DNA of 64,000 nucleotides from assembly GCF_018350175.1 (NCBI RefSeq), contig NC_058369.1:7566001-7630000 (forward strand), given 5' to 3'. Source of the DNA: Felis catus. Its lineage: Eukaryota. Shown piece by piece: positions 13,501 through 25,859 of the stretch (position 1 is the stretch's first letter; the number at the start of each line of letters is the position of its first letter). The notes beneath the pieces are model-generated. The model did not search any database. It was not told where the DNA came from and saw only the letters and a program-made list of their open reading frames with translations. A program made the translations under genes and the position numbers.

Positions 13501-16500
13501 CACAGCTATACAAGGCAGTCCTGTCCAGATCAGATTCCCAGTACTCCACCTCTTGTGCCAGGCCACCCCCATGTCTGTCCTTCATCTCGCCCCAGATTCC
13601 ACCTCAGGTCTTTGTCTCAAATCCTGATGGGTCCCCAGCCTCTAGAGTCCTTGTCCAATGCCAAAACCATAAAGCGTATACACCTCAGCCAGTGGAGTGG
13701 CCACTTTGACCATCAACACAGATGTAGATCTGGAGCAGCTCCCTATCTTGGTACCGACCTAATGGGGCAGGGATGGTGGGGCTGTGTGAGCTAGAAGGGC
13801 TGGGAATTTACTTGCCCACCACACTTCCCAGGTAGAAACCCATGAGCTTCTCCAGCCAGAAGAGCAGGCTTCAGCCAGGGTGATGGCATGGCCTTACTTG
13901 ACTCAGGATGAGTCCAGGAACTTCCTGTACATTGAGGTAAAGATGTTGGGCACAGAAGTTGGCAGCAGCATCCAGTTGAGCCTTAACACGAGACATCAGA
14001 ATCCTGCAACCAAGAACCAGATCACTCACGTCACCATCCTGGTGAGTGTCTTGGACTAAAACCTAGGCCAATAAATTCCTTCCTTGGAACATCCCTGGAT
14101 AGCTGGTTTGGAGGAACTGTGAACAGTGGTATGAAGGTGGGAACCATCTGGGGTGGCCTCAGACTAAGGGGCTGAAGCAAAGGGAATGGGGGTCTCCCTT
14201 GTGAGCTGGGACAGCCTCAAGAAAAGGTTGACCTTACCTTTCTCATGCTTGGCCTCCCTTGTCTCCAAGGTCCTGAGTAAGGGCCAGATTGTGCATGCCA
14301 AACATCAGTTTAAAAAGCATGGGAGTGTCTACACATCAGCCATTATTGATGTGACTTCAGAGATGCTGCCCTCCTTCCGCATCCTGGCCTTTTATTTACT
14401 GCCCAGGGCAAAAGGTCAGGACCCTGAACTGGTGGCTGACTCCATATGGATCAACGTGAATGACAGATGCATGGGGACGGTGAGCCAAATTCCTTAAAGT
14501 TGTACATCACCATCATAAAGCATAGACAGAGAGTCTGTCCAAGCTGAAGGGCTCCCAGTCGGGGGGCAGGGGAGAGGAAGAGGGCATGTGCCCTTAAAAG
14601 CTCAACCTTGGGCATGTAGACTATGCAAGTAAATGTGTGGAGTTGGGATTGGCCTGGTGAAGTTCCTGGATGTTCCATCAGAGCCATAAGGAGAATAAAC
14701 TTGAAAATTGACTTGGGAAAGCCCCTTGGTAGCATATGAGCCCCTTTTCCTGACATCTCTCTTTTTCCTGGCTCAGCTGAAGGTTGGTTTGAAGAATGAA
14801 GGACCCTTCCAGCCTTTGGAGCCCAACCGCCAGGTGGAAGTGAAGGTGATAGGTGGTGCTGAGGCCACAGTGAGGCTGGTGGCCGTGGACAAGGCTGTCT
14901 ATGTCTTGAACAGCAAACACAAGCCCACACAGAAGAAGGTGACAGAATGTGTGGGCTTTGGGCAAAGAGGTTGCCTGGCGGCTCTAACTGGGGCCTCAGC
15001 TTCTACATCTGCAAAATGGGATGCATTGATGGTTGCAAGTATTCAAGGAGCTAGTGCACAGCATAGAGATTGGAAGGTAATAAGAGCTCGACAAATGTGA
15101 GATGGTGTGAGAATTATTATTTGAGCTAGCAATTACAGTGCACCATTGTTCCTTCCCTGAAATTCCTGTTCCTCTCTTAACCCCCAGGTCTGGGATGTGG
15201 TGGAGGAACATGACATTGGCTGTACAGTAGGAAGTGGGAAAGACAGACTTGCTGTGTTCAACGATGCTGGGTTGGACCTGAGGATGAGCAGGGGGATAGA
15301 CGCCTTGGCAAGCTCAGGTTTGGGAAGGACAGTGGTGGGGAAGGGGTGGGCAGTGCTGTCTAGTGTTGAGAACATGGGATTTGCTGTCAGGCTAAAATCT
15401 AGGACTCTCCCACTTACTGTGAGCCAGTTATATTTCCTCTTGGAGGCTTAATTTCTCCATCCATAAAATGGGGATACTAATAGAAATAACAAACCAACAG
15501 TAGCTTAAACAAGGTAGAAGTTTATTCCTCACTTAGTAACAGTTCTGAGGTCATTCTGGGACTCAAGCTCCTTCTAGTTTGTTGCCCTGCTACCTTCCAA
15601 GGTGGCACCTCATTAGGACCTCATGCCAGGCAAGAGTATGAAGGGACGTGGGAGGGGGAGATATTTTCTCATATCTCATTTGCCAGAACTCAGTCATGTA
15701 GCCCCACCTAGTTGCAAGGGAGGCTGGGAAACGTAGTCTTCTTTCTGAGTGATATGCAACAGAGGGAGGTTTAGTTGCCACAGTTGGGGGGGTGGGGAGT
15801 GGATACCAGGGACAACTAGGAGTGTCCTTTCAGCTATAAATGGTGATCTCAAATATAGTTTCTGTCTACTACAAGCTGGACACTGTGTTAAGTACTTTTG
15901 TATGCATAATCTCATGGATAGAACTATGATTATACCATTTTACATAGCTGGAGAAATTAATGCTTAGAGAGGTTAAGCGACTTGCTGAAGACTGCACAGC
16001 TTTTATGTGGTGAATCTTGAACATGAGGCAACTATGGGATTCAGTGAAATGATGCATAGAAAGCACTGAGAATTCAGTAAGCATCCAATAAATATCAAGG
16101 GTGTTTATAATGATCTTGACAATGGCTCCCTCATTCTTCTCTCTGACCCCTGGACTGGCACTGCCCTCAGAGCCCCACTGCCACATGCCATCGCTGCTCC
16201 CTGAAGAGGCTGGGGACCAAGAGGAATGCAGGTCAGAGCTAAAGCTGAACATGCCCCTCCTGGCTCCCTAACCTACTGTATTCAGAAAACAAAAACCACT
16301 CTAGGTACCAGGAAACAAAAACCACTCTAGGTACTTCAAGTAGAGAGGGAAGGATTTAATGATGGGAGTTTGGTGCTCTCAAAACCATTAGACGGACTAC
16401 AGAAGTGGAGGTGAAAAGCTGATTGCTGGGACTCAACATGACCTCACTGCAGTTCTTGCAATGCATGAAATCTCAGGAAACGACTGGTGATATCTCTGAC

Positions 16501-17487
16501 GATGCTGGTGGGTAGATAATGAAGTACAGAATTGTGCCAATAACAGAAACACACATAGACCGGGGCTCACCCATCAACTACCATTGTTGTAGGGAAGACA
16601 GTCTCCACTTCTCCCACTTTCCAAATCTTACACAAGAGCATCTCAGTGGCAGAATCTAATCCCATCCAGAATCCTAGCAGCAAGAGAGTCTGGGAAATGT
16701 AGCTTCTAGATGTCTAGAATATCCCTATGATACAAGAGGGAACATAGGCAGGGGCGCCTGAGTGGCTCCATTGGTTGAGCGTCCAACTTCAGCTCAGGTC
16801 ACGATCTCACGGTTCATGGGTTCAAGCCCCGCATCGGGCTCCGTGCTGACGGCTCAGAGCCTGGAGCCTGCTTCGGATTCTGTGTGTCTCTCTCTGCCCC
16901 TCCCCTGCTCGTGCACTGTCTCTGTCAATAAGAAATAAACATTTAAAAATTTATAAAAAGAGGGCAAAAGAAGAGATGGGTGCTGAGTGCCAGTAGATAA
17001 TAGCTAGCAAGCCTTGCCATCCCCAAGGCCAAGGTGTTGACCAGACAAAGAGTTCTGAGCCTGCAGTTCAAGGAAGATGGGAGTCAGCACCGAGTGGTGT
17101 TGGAAGCATGGATTATATGAATATTAGATTTTTCAGTCTCTTCGAGCAATGCTGATGACTTTGTGGTTCTTTTATTATTTTTTTCAAGTGTTTTATTTAT
17201 TTTTTGAGAGAGAGAGCAAGCACAAGCAAGGGAGGGGCAGAGAGAGAGGGGGACAGAGGATCTGAAGCAGGTTCTGCACCAACTGGCTGATGGCAACAAG
17301 CCCGATACGGGGCTTGAACTCACAAATCACGAGTTCATGCCCTGAGCCGAAGCCAGACGTTCAACCAACTGAACCACCCAGGCGCCTATGACTTTGTGGT
17401 TCAAAATAAAGAGAAGGTAAGTGAAGCCTAATAAAAATTGAAGTAAAACCTTAACTCTAATTTGATATTTAAAAAAAAATCATGCTA

Positions 17488-17818
17488 GGGGCGCCTCACT
17501 GGCTCAGTCGGTAGAACACGCTACTCTTGATCCCGGGGTCGTGAGTTCAAGGTCCACATTAGTTGTGGAACCTACTTTTAAAAAAAATCATGCTCGGGGC
17601 GCCTGGGTGGCGCAGTCAGTTAAGCGTCCGACTTCAGCCAGGTCACGATCTCGCGGTCCGTGAGTTCGAGCCCCACGTCAGGCTCTGGGCTGATGGCTCA
17701 GAGCCTGGAGCCTGTTTCCGATTCTGTGTCTCCCTCTCTCTCTGCCCCTCCCCCGTTCATGCTCTGTCTCTCTCTGTCCCAAAAATAAATAAACGTTGAA
17801 AAAAAATTAAAAAAAAAT
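17488..17818 (+). mobile_element. Two tandem CanSINEs at one target site
   Basis: Older short SINE 17488-17587 and young SINE 17596-17818; AAAAAAATCATGCT appears three times. Confidence 0.85.
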
Positions 17819-20800
17819 CATGCTCACCTCCTTTGGAAAGTTTATCATATAAAGTGTTGTGTTATTCATGGCAATGATAAGTTATATTGTGTAAGTATAA
17901 TCATGGCATACGGTAGACAACAAGATTTTCGAATTGCTATATTTTCATCTTTAAGTGCATTTCTTCATTTTGCTAACTTAAAAGCATTCAACTTGACATC
18001 ATGCTTTACAACAAGTTTTAGGCTTTCATTGTTATTCTATTTGTTTTATTTTTTAATGTTTATTTATTTTTGAGAGAGATACAGACAGAATGCGAGTGGG
18101 TTAGGGGCAGAGAGAGAGGGAGACCCAGAATCCAAAGCAGGCTCCGGGCTCCGAGCTGTCAGCACAGAGCCCGACGCGGGGCTCGAACCCACCAACCATG
18201 GGATCGTGACCTGAGCCGAAGTCGGACACTCAACCGACTGAGCCACCCAGGTGCCCCATCATGTTTAAAAAACACAAGATGAAAATCAGAAATTTTAACT
18301 GGTGTCTCCAATACATAAACACGGCATTACCAACCCCTGTCAAGAAGAAGGAAGAGAGGGGCGCCTGGGTGGCTCAGTCGGTTAAGCGGCCGACTTCGGC
18401 TCAGGTCATGATCTCACAGTCTGTGAGTTCGAGCCCCGCGTCGGGCTCTGTGCTGACGGCTCGGAGCCTGGAGCCTGCTTCTGTTTCTGAGTCTCCCTCT
18501 CTCTCTGCCCCTCCCCCATTCGCGCTTTGTCTCTCTCTGCCTTTCAAAAATGAATAAATGTTAAAAAAAAAAAAAAAAAAGAAGAAGAAGGAAGAGAGGG
18601 GGCGGGGAAGAAGGAGAAGCAGAAGCAACAGAAACATGGATTTTAGTCCCAGCTCTGCCGCCTGGGAGCTGTGTGACCTTGGGCCAGTGAGTTAACCTCT
18701 CTGTTGCTTAGCTCCCTCATCAGAACCCACCGCATGGGTTCAATGTGAGGCTTCGGAGGGACAATACAGGCAAAGTGCTAGAACCAGCACCTCCAGAGTT
18801 ATGGCTAAATCGAGGCAGGCTGTGCATGGCATCGAGGCGGATGGGTTCCAGCTTCCTCCGGTCCCGCTCAACCCTTCCTCTGTCCCCCTAACTCTGGCCC
18901 ACAGGGAACAAGTTCAAGATGGAGCTGGCACAAAAGTGCCGTGAGGCGGGGCTCCTGGAGAGCCCGGCGGGGCTGGCGTATGAGGAGAGGACCTGCCTGA
19001 GACCCGGACTTGGGAGGCCCCGGAGGAACAGCTGCTTTGGGGGACATGTGAGGAGGTCATGGCCGGAGGCAGGGGGCTGGGGCTTGCTTGAGGGGCACGA
19101 AGTGCCATGGGACAAGTCAAGGGATGATATGGGCCATGCGGTGGGAGGGGATGGGAGTGGGGTGGGGTGGGAGGACCCCACTGAGGAGTCTGGCGGGCCA
19201 TGGGACAGACACGTGGGAGAGACGCTGCCCCACATCTACCCCCCGCAGCCGATGAAGACGAGGACTTTGGTGACATCTACATGGAGGCCCAGCCTGTCCG
19301 GACCTTGTTCCCTGAGAGTTGGCTCTGGAAGAAGTTTACACTGCCAAAAAGTAAGTCAGGGTAGGACCACAGCCTCCACGCCAGCATCTGGTTCCTGGTC
19401 CTTCCGTGCATCAGTGGGTGTCAGTCAGAGCCAGTGTCCCCAGTGGTGACACTGAGCTCTCAGTATAGTCCCATGACAGGCACCTCCCTGTATGACGATA
19501 CAAATCCGACGGTTCCTCCCAAAAGATGGCCTTCTAGTGACGGTGGCCTCCAATGGGGTGACCCACTGGCCCCTGGACAGTGACCCTCCCAATGCAGAGG
19601 CTCTGTCCAGGCAGCACGAACTCACTGATGTCCACCCCCGACCTCTGCCACTTTCAGAAGCCTCTCCTACAACAGCACCCTTGTGACTCTGCCACATTCC
19701 ATCACCACGTGGCAGTTTGTGGCTGTCAGCCTCAAGGCTGGACAAGGTGACCCCACAAGCCCAGCGCCGAGGAGCTGGGAGAACGGTGGCCCTGCTCAGC
19801 CCTGGGACAGCTGGCCTCTGCTTAATGCCAACGTGCTCCCTTGGCTGTAGGTCTCTGCGTCTCAGATCCCTCTGAGCTGACAGTTATGAAATCGTTCTTG
19901 GTGGATCTCAAGTTGCCCTCCTCCGTGGTCAGGGATGAGCAAGTCCAGATCCAAGCCGTGCTGTACAATTTCAGCAGCCGCCAGGTCAAGGTGAAGCCTG
20001 AGCCCTCCCCTGCCCACAGACCGTCTGTCAGTGTATTTTATAAAGGGGCTGGAGTGTGTCCATCATTCAAAGGGGCCAGCGAGGTGGTTGTCCTTTTGAA
20101 AGGCTTCTGAGGTATTTTTCTCATAGAAAATGCACAATCACCCCAGCAAACGGCTGCTATCATTGCTTTTCAAGGGGAGGAAATTGAGGCACAAAGAGGT
20201 TAAGGGGCTTTCCTGAGGCCACACAGCACATCAGTGTCAGGCTTGAGACTGGCAAAGTGGACGTGGAGGCCAGGGTTGTGGGCTATGGGGTCGAGGACCA
20301 CGTGAAGAAGACACTCCTGGTCAAGGTAATGGGTGCCCCCACTCCTGTTATTAGTGCAGACAGTGGGGCTTCCCCTGGGCCCAGGCTATGATCACAGGAC
20401 AGACAGACGCCTGGGTGGCTCAGTCGGTTGAGCGCCTGACTTCGGTTCAGGTCATGATCTCACAGTTCGTGGGTTCGAGCCCTACGTCGGGCTCTGTGCT
20501 GACAGCTCAGAGCCTGGAGCCTGCTCCGGATTCTGTGTCTCCCTCTCTCTCTGACCCTCCCCTGCTTGCTCTCTGTCTCTCTCTCTCTCTCAAAAACAAA
20601 TAAACATTAAAACAAATGTTATTTTAAAAAGCAACCAGGCCTCTTCAATGCGAGTGAGGTGCAAGGGAATGAATTTGAAAGTTCAGTCACCCAGCCCCCA
20701 CTTTGGGACTTTGTTGTCAGACTTGGGCTCAAGCTTTGTCTCTGCCGTGTGACCTTGGACAACTTACTCAACTTTTCTGAGCCTTCGTGTCCTCATTTGC

Positions 20801-21685
20801 ACGATGGGAATAATCATCACTCCCAGGAAGAATCAGAGAGCTGGGAAAATTATTTATATTTCACATAAAAAAATTATTTATATTTAGATTTCACAACTGG
20901 GTGGCTCAGTCAGTTAAGAGTCCGGCTTCAGCTCAGGTCATGATCTCACCATTCATGGGCTCAAGCCCCGCATCGGAGTTTGTGCTGACAGCTCAGAGCC
21001 TGGAGCCTCCTTCAGATTCTGTGTCTCCCTCTCTATGCCCCTTCTCCGCTCACGCTCTGTCTCTCAAAAATAAACTTAAAAAAAATTAGCAACTCATTGA
21101 GCTGTTAGAACAACCATATGAGGTAGGCACCTTTTATGTATGAGAAAACCGAGGCACAGAGAAGTTAAGTAATTTGCCCAAGGCCACACAGCTAGGACAC
21201 AGAAGGGTTGGGATTTGAACCCAGGTATTTGGGATCCAGAGTCTGTGCTCTTTATAGCTAACCAATGCCTCTTCCTACTGTCATTGTGATTGTCATTATT
21301 ACTATCATTGCTGTTGTTTTTAACTTGCTTCGTCATTGTGTCTCACAGGCAGGAGGGCAGATACAGCAAATATCCCACAGCATCCTTCTGAACCCCCAAG
21401 GTTTGTGGGTGGGGGCATGTGGGATCCTGGGGCCACACCAGGATGGAGGGAGGGGCTGAAAGGACTTTTTGAACAAGGTGCCCAATACAGAGGCAGAAAT
21501 GTTTGTCAGTGTCCAAGGTGCTTAGTTAGGACAGAGGTGACTCCTAGGTGAGGGGGTGGGAGACCAGGGAGCTGGGTCCGCCCCGGCCTGCCCAGGCACA
21601 GGGAAAGGATGGGATGTCCGTGTGCGGTCATCAGGGAGCCATGGCGGCTTAGGTCATTCCTGAGATGACTCTGCCCACCAGACAG

Positions 21686-21889
21686 GTGACATCCTTGGTG
21701 AGACAATCCTGGGCACCCTGACACCTAAAAGAACGCGGAGGCTGCTGAGGGTCCCGACTGGTTGCCCTGAGCAGACGCTGAGCTCCTTGGCACCTGTGAT
21801 CATCCTGACCTGCTTTTTGGATGCCGCCGGCCAGTGGGGCAAGGTTGGAGTGGAACTCAGGGACAAGGTGATAGAGAACATCATCAGCG
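21686..21889 (+). pseudogene. C3P1: C3P1 exon 24, thioester-domain exon (GCPEQ)
   Basis: cag|GT GAC ATC...ATC AGC G|gtgag; 204 nt, open frame GDILGETILGTLTPKRTRRLLRVPTGCPEQTLSSLAPVIILTCFLDAAGQWGKVGVELRDKVIENIIS. Confidence 0.92.
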
Positions 21890-22019
21890 GTGAGACTGGG
21901 TTCCCTCCTGGGACCGCAGTGAAAGTGGGACTCTCTGGAAGGGTGGCTGGGGGCACCCCCAGGGCTGGGGGCGGTCCCCATGGGACTCTCCCAGACAAGA
22001 ACATTCACACTCTGACTCA

Positions 22020-23000
22020 ACTCCCAGATTATACCCTGTTACCAAGTCCCCCAGGTGACCCCCAACAGTGACCCCCACATTACTCCTTCATTTGGACCCC
22101 TCTTCCAGGCTATAGCCTGACAACTGACACCCTGCTTTACCCCAAAGCAGCCACCCCCAGATTATACCCAGTCACTGTCCTAGGTTACACCCAATCAATG
22201 CCATGCCTTGGGTTGCACCCCTAGGGAACGCCAAGCAGAAAACTCCAAAATAATCCCAGGCGGTGGTCTCCCCGTTACACCTTCCCAGGTTATAGCCAAA
22301 CTTCCCAGGCAACAACCAGAGATTCACGTGCCTGCTTATACCCAGAGAGAGACCCTCACGTTAGTTTGGGCACGGACCCCTCTTCCCGGTTACGCTCAGA
22401 CGCCAACTTTCCATCCAGGTGCTCTCAACAATAACCCTCAGGTAACACGCAGACGCTGTCACCCCCAAAGTCACACCCAAACCGTAAGCCCCCAAGCAAC
22501 CTTCAGGTAATACTCAAGTAGCAGTGTTCACAATGCATCCGAGAGGTGCCCTTCCAAGATGACACCCAGGGGTAGACTCCCCTAAGCTACAAAGACACGG
22601 TGACACCCCTAGTTTATAGCCAAGAAACAGCCCCCGAGGAAACCCCCAGGTAGTGGCCCCCAGGGTATCCCTTTTCCTGGGTTTCACCTTCCACAATCCC
22701 TCTGACACTTCCCAGTCACACCCTTCCCCAGAGTACCCCGATGGGGCGATTTCCCAGGTTCCTCCCAGATAACACAGCACACTGGCTCCCACGGTCGCAC
22801 CTGGGCCCTGCGGTCACCTCCTGATACACCTAGACAAGTCCCCTTGTATGGTTACATCTAGACGTGATGCACCCCCAAGTCACACCCATACCTTGCCCCC
22901 CCCAGATTATGCCTGACAACTGACCCCCCTTCATAGCCACACCCAAATGCCAAATCTCCCCGAAAGTTCTCCGCCACCTATTTCTCCAGGTTACACCCGG
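22020..23000 (+). repeat. Degenerate minisatellite-like array, consensus ~CCCAGGTTACACCC..., in C3P1 intron 24
   Basis: About 15 diverged copies (22023, 22051, 22105, 22157, 22180, 22285, 22386, 22438, 22466, 22554, 22712, 22765, 22876, 22902), ending in the true exon 25 acceptor at 22986. Confidence 0.7.
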
Positions 23001-23280
23001 ATGCTGACGGCACCTACCACACCAGCAAGGGAAACCTGGGAGGCACCTGGTAAGGACGAGGAGGTTGGGAGTCCTGCCGGCACCGTCCTGAATGAAGCTC
23101 GGGGACCAGCCTGCGGCTTGATGACCCCAGGAGCACCCCTACCACAGGTCTTGGGGCAGGCAGCCTTCGGGCCAGAGCTATTGCTACTTGGGTATTCCCT
23201 GAAGGTTACCTGGGAGTCTACGGTGTAGGGGTCACTTTGGGGGCGACAGTGCCTGAGTGTTACTTGAAGGTTATTGTTGA
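22425..23280. repeat. 100-bp inverted repeat (arms 22425-22524 and 23181-23280)
   Basis: Manual gapless alignment of arm 1 with the reverse complement of arm 2: 82/100 identical. Confidence 0.88.
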
Positions 23281-25215
23281 ACAGAGAGCTGGTGTCTGAA
23301 TGTCAGAGAGAAAGGTTGTTAGTGCCCGTGCTGCAGACCTGGGGAGCAGCGAAGGAAGGGTCAGGCTGGAGCAGTGGGGTCCATTGTGCAGACTCCCCCT
23401 GGTGTAGAGGCCCCTGTCCTAGAATCCCCTTGGCTGTGATTCCCAGTCATCACCCGCCCCGCCTCCTCCCCCCCCCCCCCAACAGGCTCACGAGCTACGT
23501 GTTCCGGGTCTTTGCCCTGGTCTACTCCACCATGACAACCCGTGTCTCTCTGTGCCACTGACAACTGGATCATCACCCAGAGGCAGGCGGAAGATGGGCA
23601 CTTCTTGGGGAAGGGCCCTGTAATCGTGGTGCCCACTGCCCCCCTGCCTGGGCTGCCCCAATAAAACCCAGGGCTCTGTGCACTGATAGGCAAATCTCAG
23701 GTCCCCGACCTGTTTATGGGTAAAACGAGAACGGGAAAAAGCCAGGGCCCGGCACCCAGCATCACGTCCCTCTGCTCTGGACCACCCTGCGCTCTGTTAC
23801 AATGTCCAAGAGGCTGGGCATGTCTGGGACGCCATCTCTCTCTCACCCCCACTTCAGTAGGCTCCGCTTCTTGGCTGTCTTCGCTCTGGGCTTGGGCCTT
23901 CGCAGCTCCCCAGCCAACACACCCATCCCTACTAGGCGTACCTCCACATCAGCCTCCAGAAGTAACTTTCAAACAGCCTGGGATGTCTCGTCCCTGCTCA
24001 AACACCTTCCATGGCTCCCAAGTGTCTATGCCAACATCTCTCTACTATATCCTCTCTTCTGTATCTCCTCCCAAGCCTTGCCCCTCACTACTACTCCCTG
24101 ATCACAGATCCCTTTGCTTTTGAGACCCTCTCTGCACGGAATAGCCACACTCCATCCCCTTTCTTTTCTTTGCCTGGCCAAATTCTGTTTTCTCTTTAGA
24201 CTTAGCTCAGACTCACCTCCTCCAGAAGTCTTCCTTGAATACCAGCCCTGTGCCTGTCTCTATTATCGTACCTATGACAGTAGGGTTATCATTCACTCAC
24301 TCAACAGATATTTACCCAGCAACTGCTGTGTTCCAACCACGCTTTGTACTAGACACAGGGGAGATGTGGCGGTAAACAAGACATTTACAGCCTCTTCCTT
24401 GTAGTACTCACAAGCTGGGGTGTGGGAGGAAGACAGAAATTCACCAAATAATTATAACCGGTGATTGTTTAAATCACAATTGTGCTAAGCTCCATGGGAA
24501 AGAAATACCAGGAGAGGGGCCATTTCTGGTCAGGGAAACCTGCAAAAGGAAGTGACAACCAAGCAGCAAGCTGATGAAGGAACACAGTTGGTGGGAGAAG
24601 AATAGCAAAGAGAGCGCCAGGCAAAAGGAGCAGCATGTGCAAAGGCCCTGAGGCTCTGGCACGTTTGAGGAAAAGGAAGGGAACAGAACCCAAAGTTGGG
24701 GGAGGGGATAGCTTGTCCTGAGGCCTGAGAAGGAGGAGAGATGCCAGGCCCTGAAACCCACAGGGTCTTGGGGGGGTCTTAGGATTTGAAATTGTCTGTT
24801 CAGGGTTTGCTTTCCCTGCTCTGTGAGCCCTTCCAGGGAGGTGAGCAGATCTGGTTTATCACAGTTGGCAAATGTTTGCTGAACAAAACTCTGGGTGAAT
24901 GCAGGAACTCAGCAAAGACAGATTGCGTCCCCAGATGAAACGGGGAGTTAGGGAGTGTGGAGGCCTGTGTGAGCAGGAGCCAGATGCTGTACAGGAAGGC
25001 GGTACAGAGAAGGGTTACACAGGTTTCACAGGCTCACAGATCAGAGTTTCTTTCCACCAGCAAACATTTCTCAGGCACCTGCAGTGTGCTGGGCACTGCT
25101 TTAAACACCGAGGACCTGGGGCAAACAAAATAGACAAAAATCTCTGCTCTCATGGTGTGGCGATAAGCATGATAGACACCTAAACGACATCACTTGTTAA
25201 AAGTGATATGGGGTT

Positions 25216-25432
25216 GGGGCGCCTGGGTGGCGCAGTCGGTTAAGCGTCCGACTTCAGCCAGGTCACGATCTCGCGGTCCGTGAGTTCGAGCCCCGTGTCG
25301 GGCTCTGGGCTGATGGCTCAGAGCCTGGAGCCTGTTTCCGATTCTGTGTCTCCCTCTCTCTCTGCCCCTCCCCCGTTCATGCTCTGTCTCTCTCTGTCCC
25401 AAAAATAAATAAACGTTGAAAAAAAATAAAAA
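25216..25432 (+). mobile_element. Young felid CanSINE
   Basis: Consensus head; TSD AAAAG(T/C)GATATGGG. Confidence 0.9.
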
Positions 25433-25859
25433 GCGATATGGGGAAAGATGCGGGGGAAGGGGAACCAAGGTGGTGGGGCGGTAATTTTGGAAGGCTTCAT
25501 GAAAATATGATATTTGTATGGACCTGAGGAGGTGAGGAGGTGAGGGAGCAAGTCATGTGGACAATTAGGAAAACAGTGTTCCAAGCAGAGGGAACAGCAG
25601 GTGCCAAGGCCCTGAGACTGAAGTGCCCAATATGTTTGAGGAATAGTGAGGAGTCCCCTGTGGCTGGGACAGAATGAGCAACAGGAGAGAAGGAGGAGAA
25701 GGTGAGGGAGGGGATGGGACAGATTGCATGGGGCCTTTTGGGCTGCAGGGAGGACTTGGGCTTTTCCTCCAAATGAGATGGGAGCCATGGAAGGTTCCAA
25801 ACCGAGGAGGGACACAATCTGATTCAAGAGTTCACAGACTTCTTTGGCCACTGTGGGGT

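Noticed and set aside
22020..23000. CRISPR-like repeat-spacer array
   Set aside because: Mammalian intron; units are highly degenerate and irregularly spaced, with no cas genes
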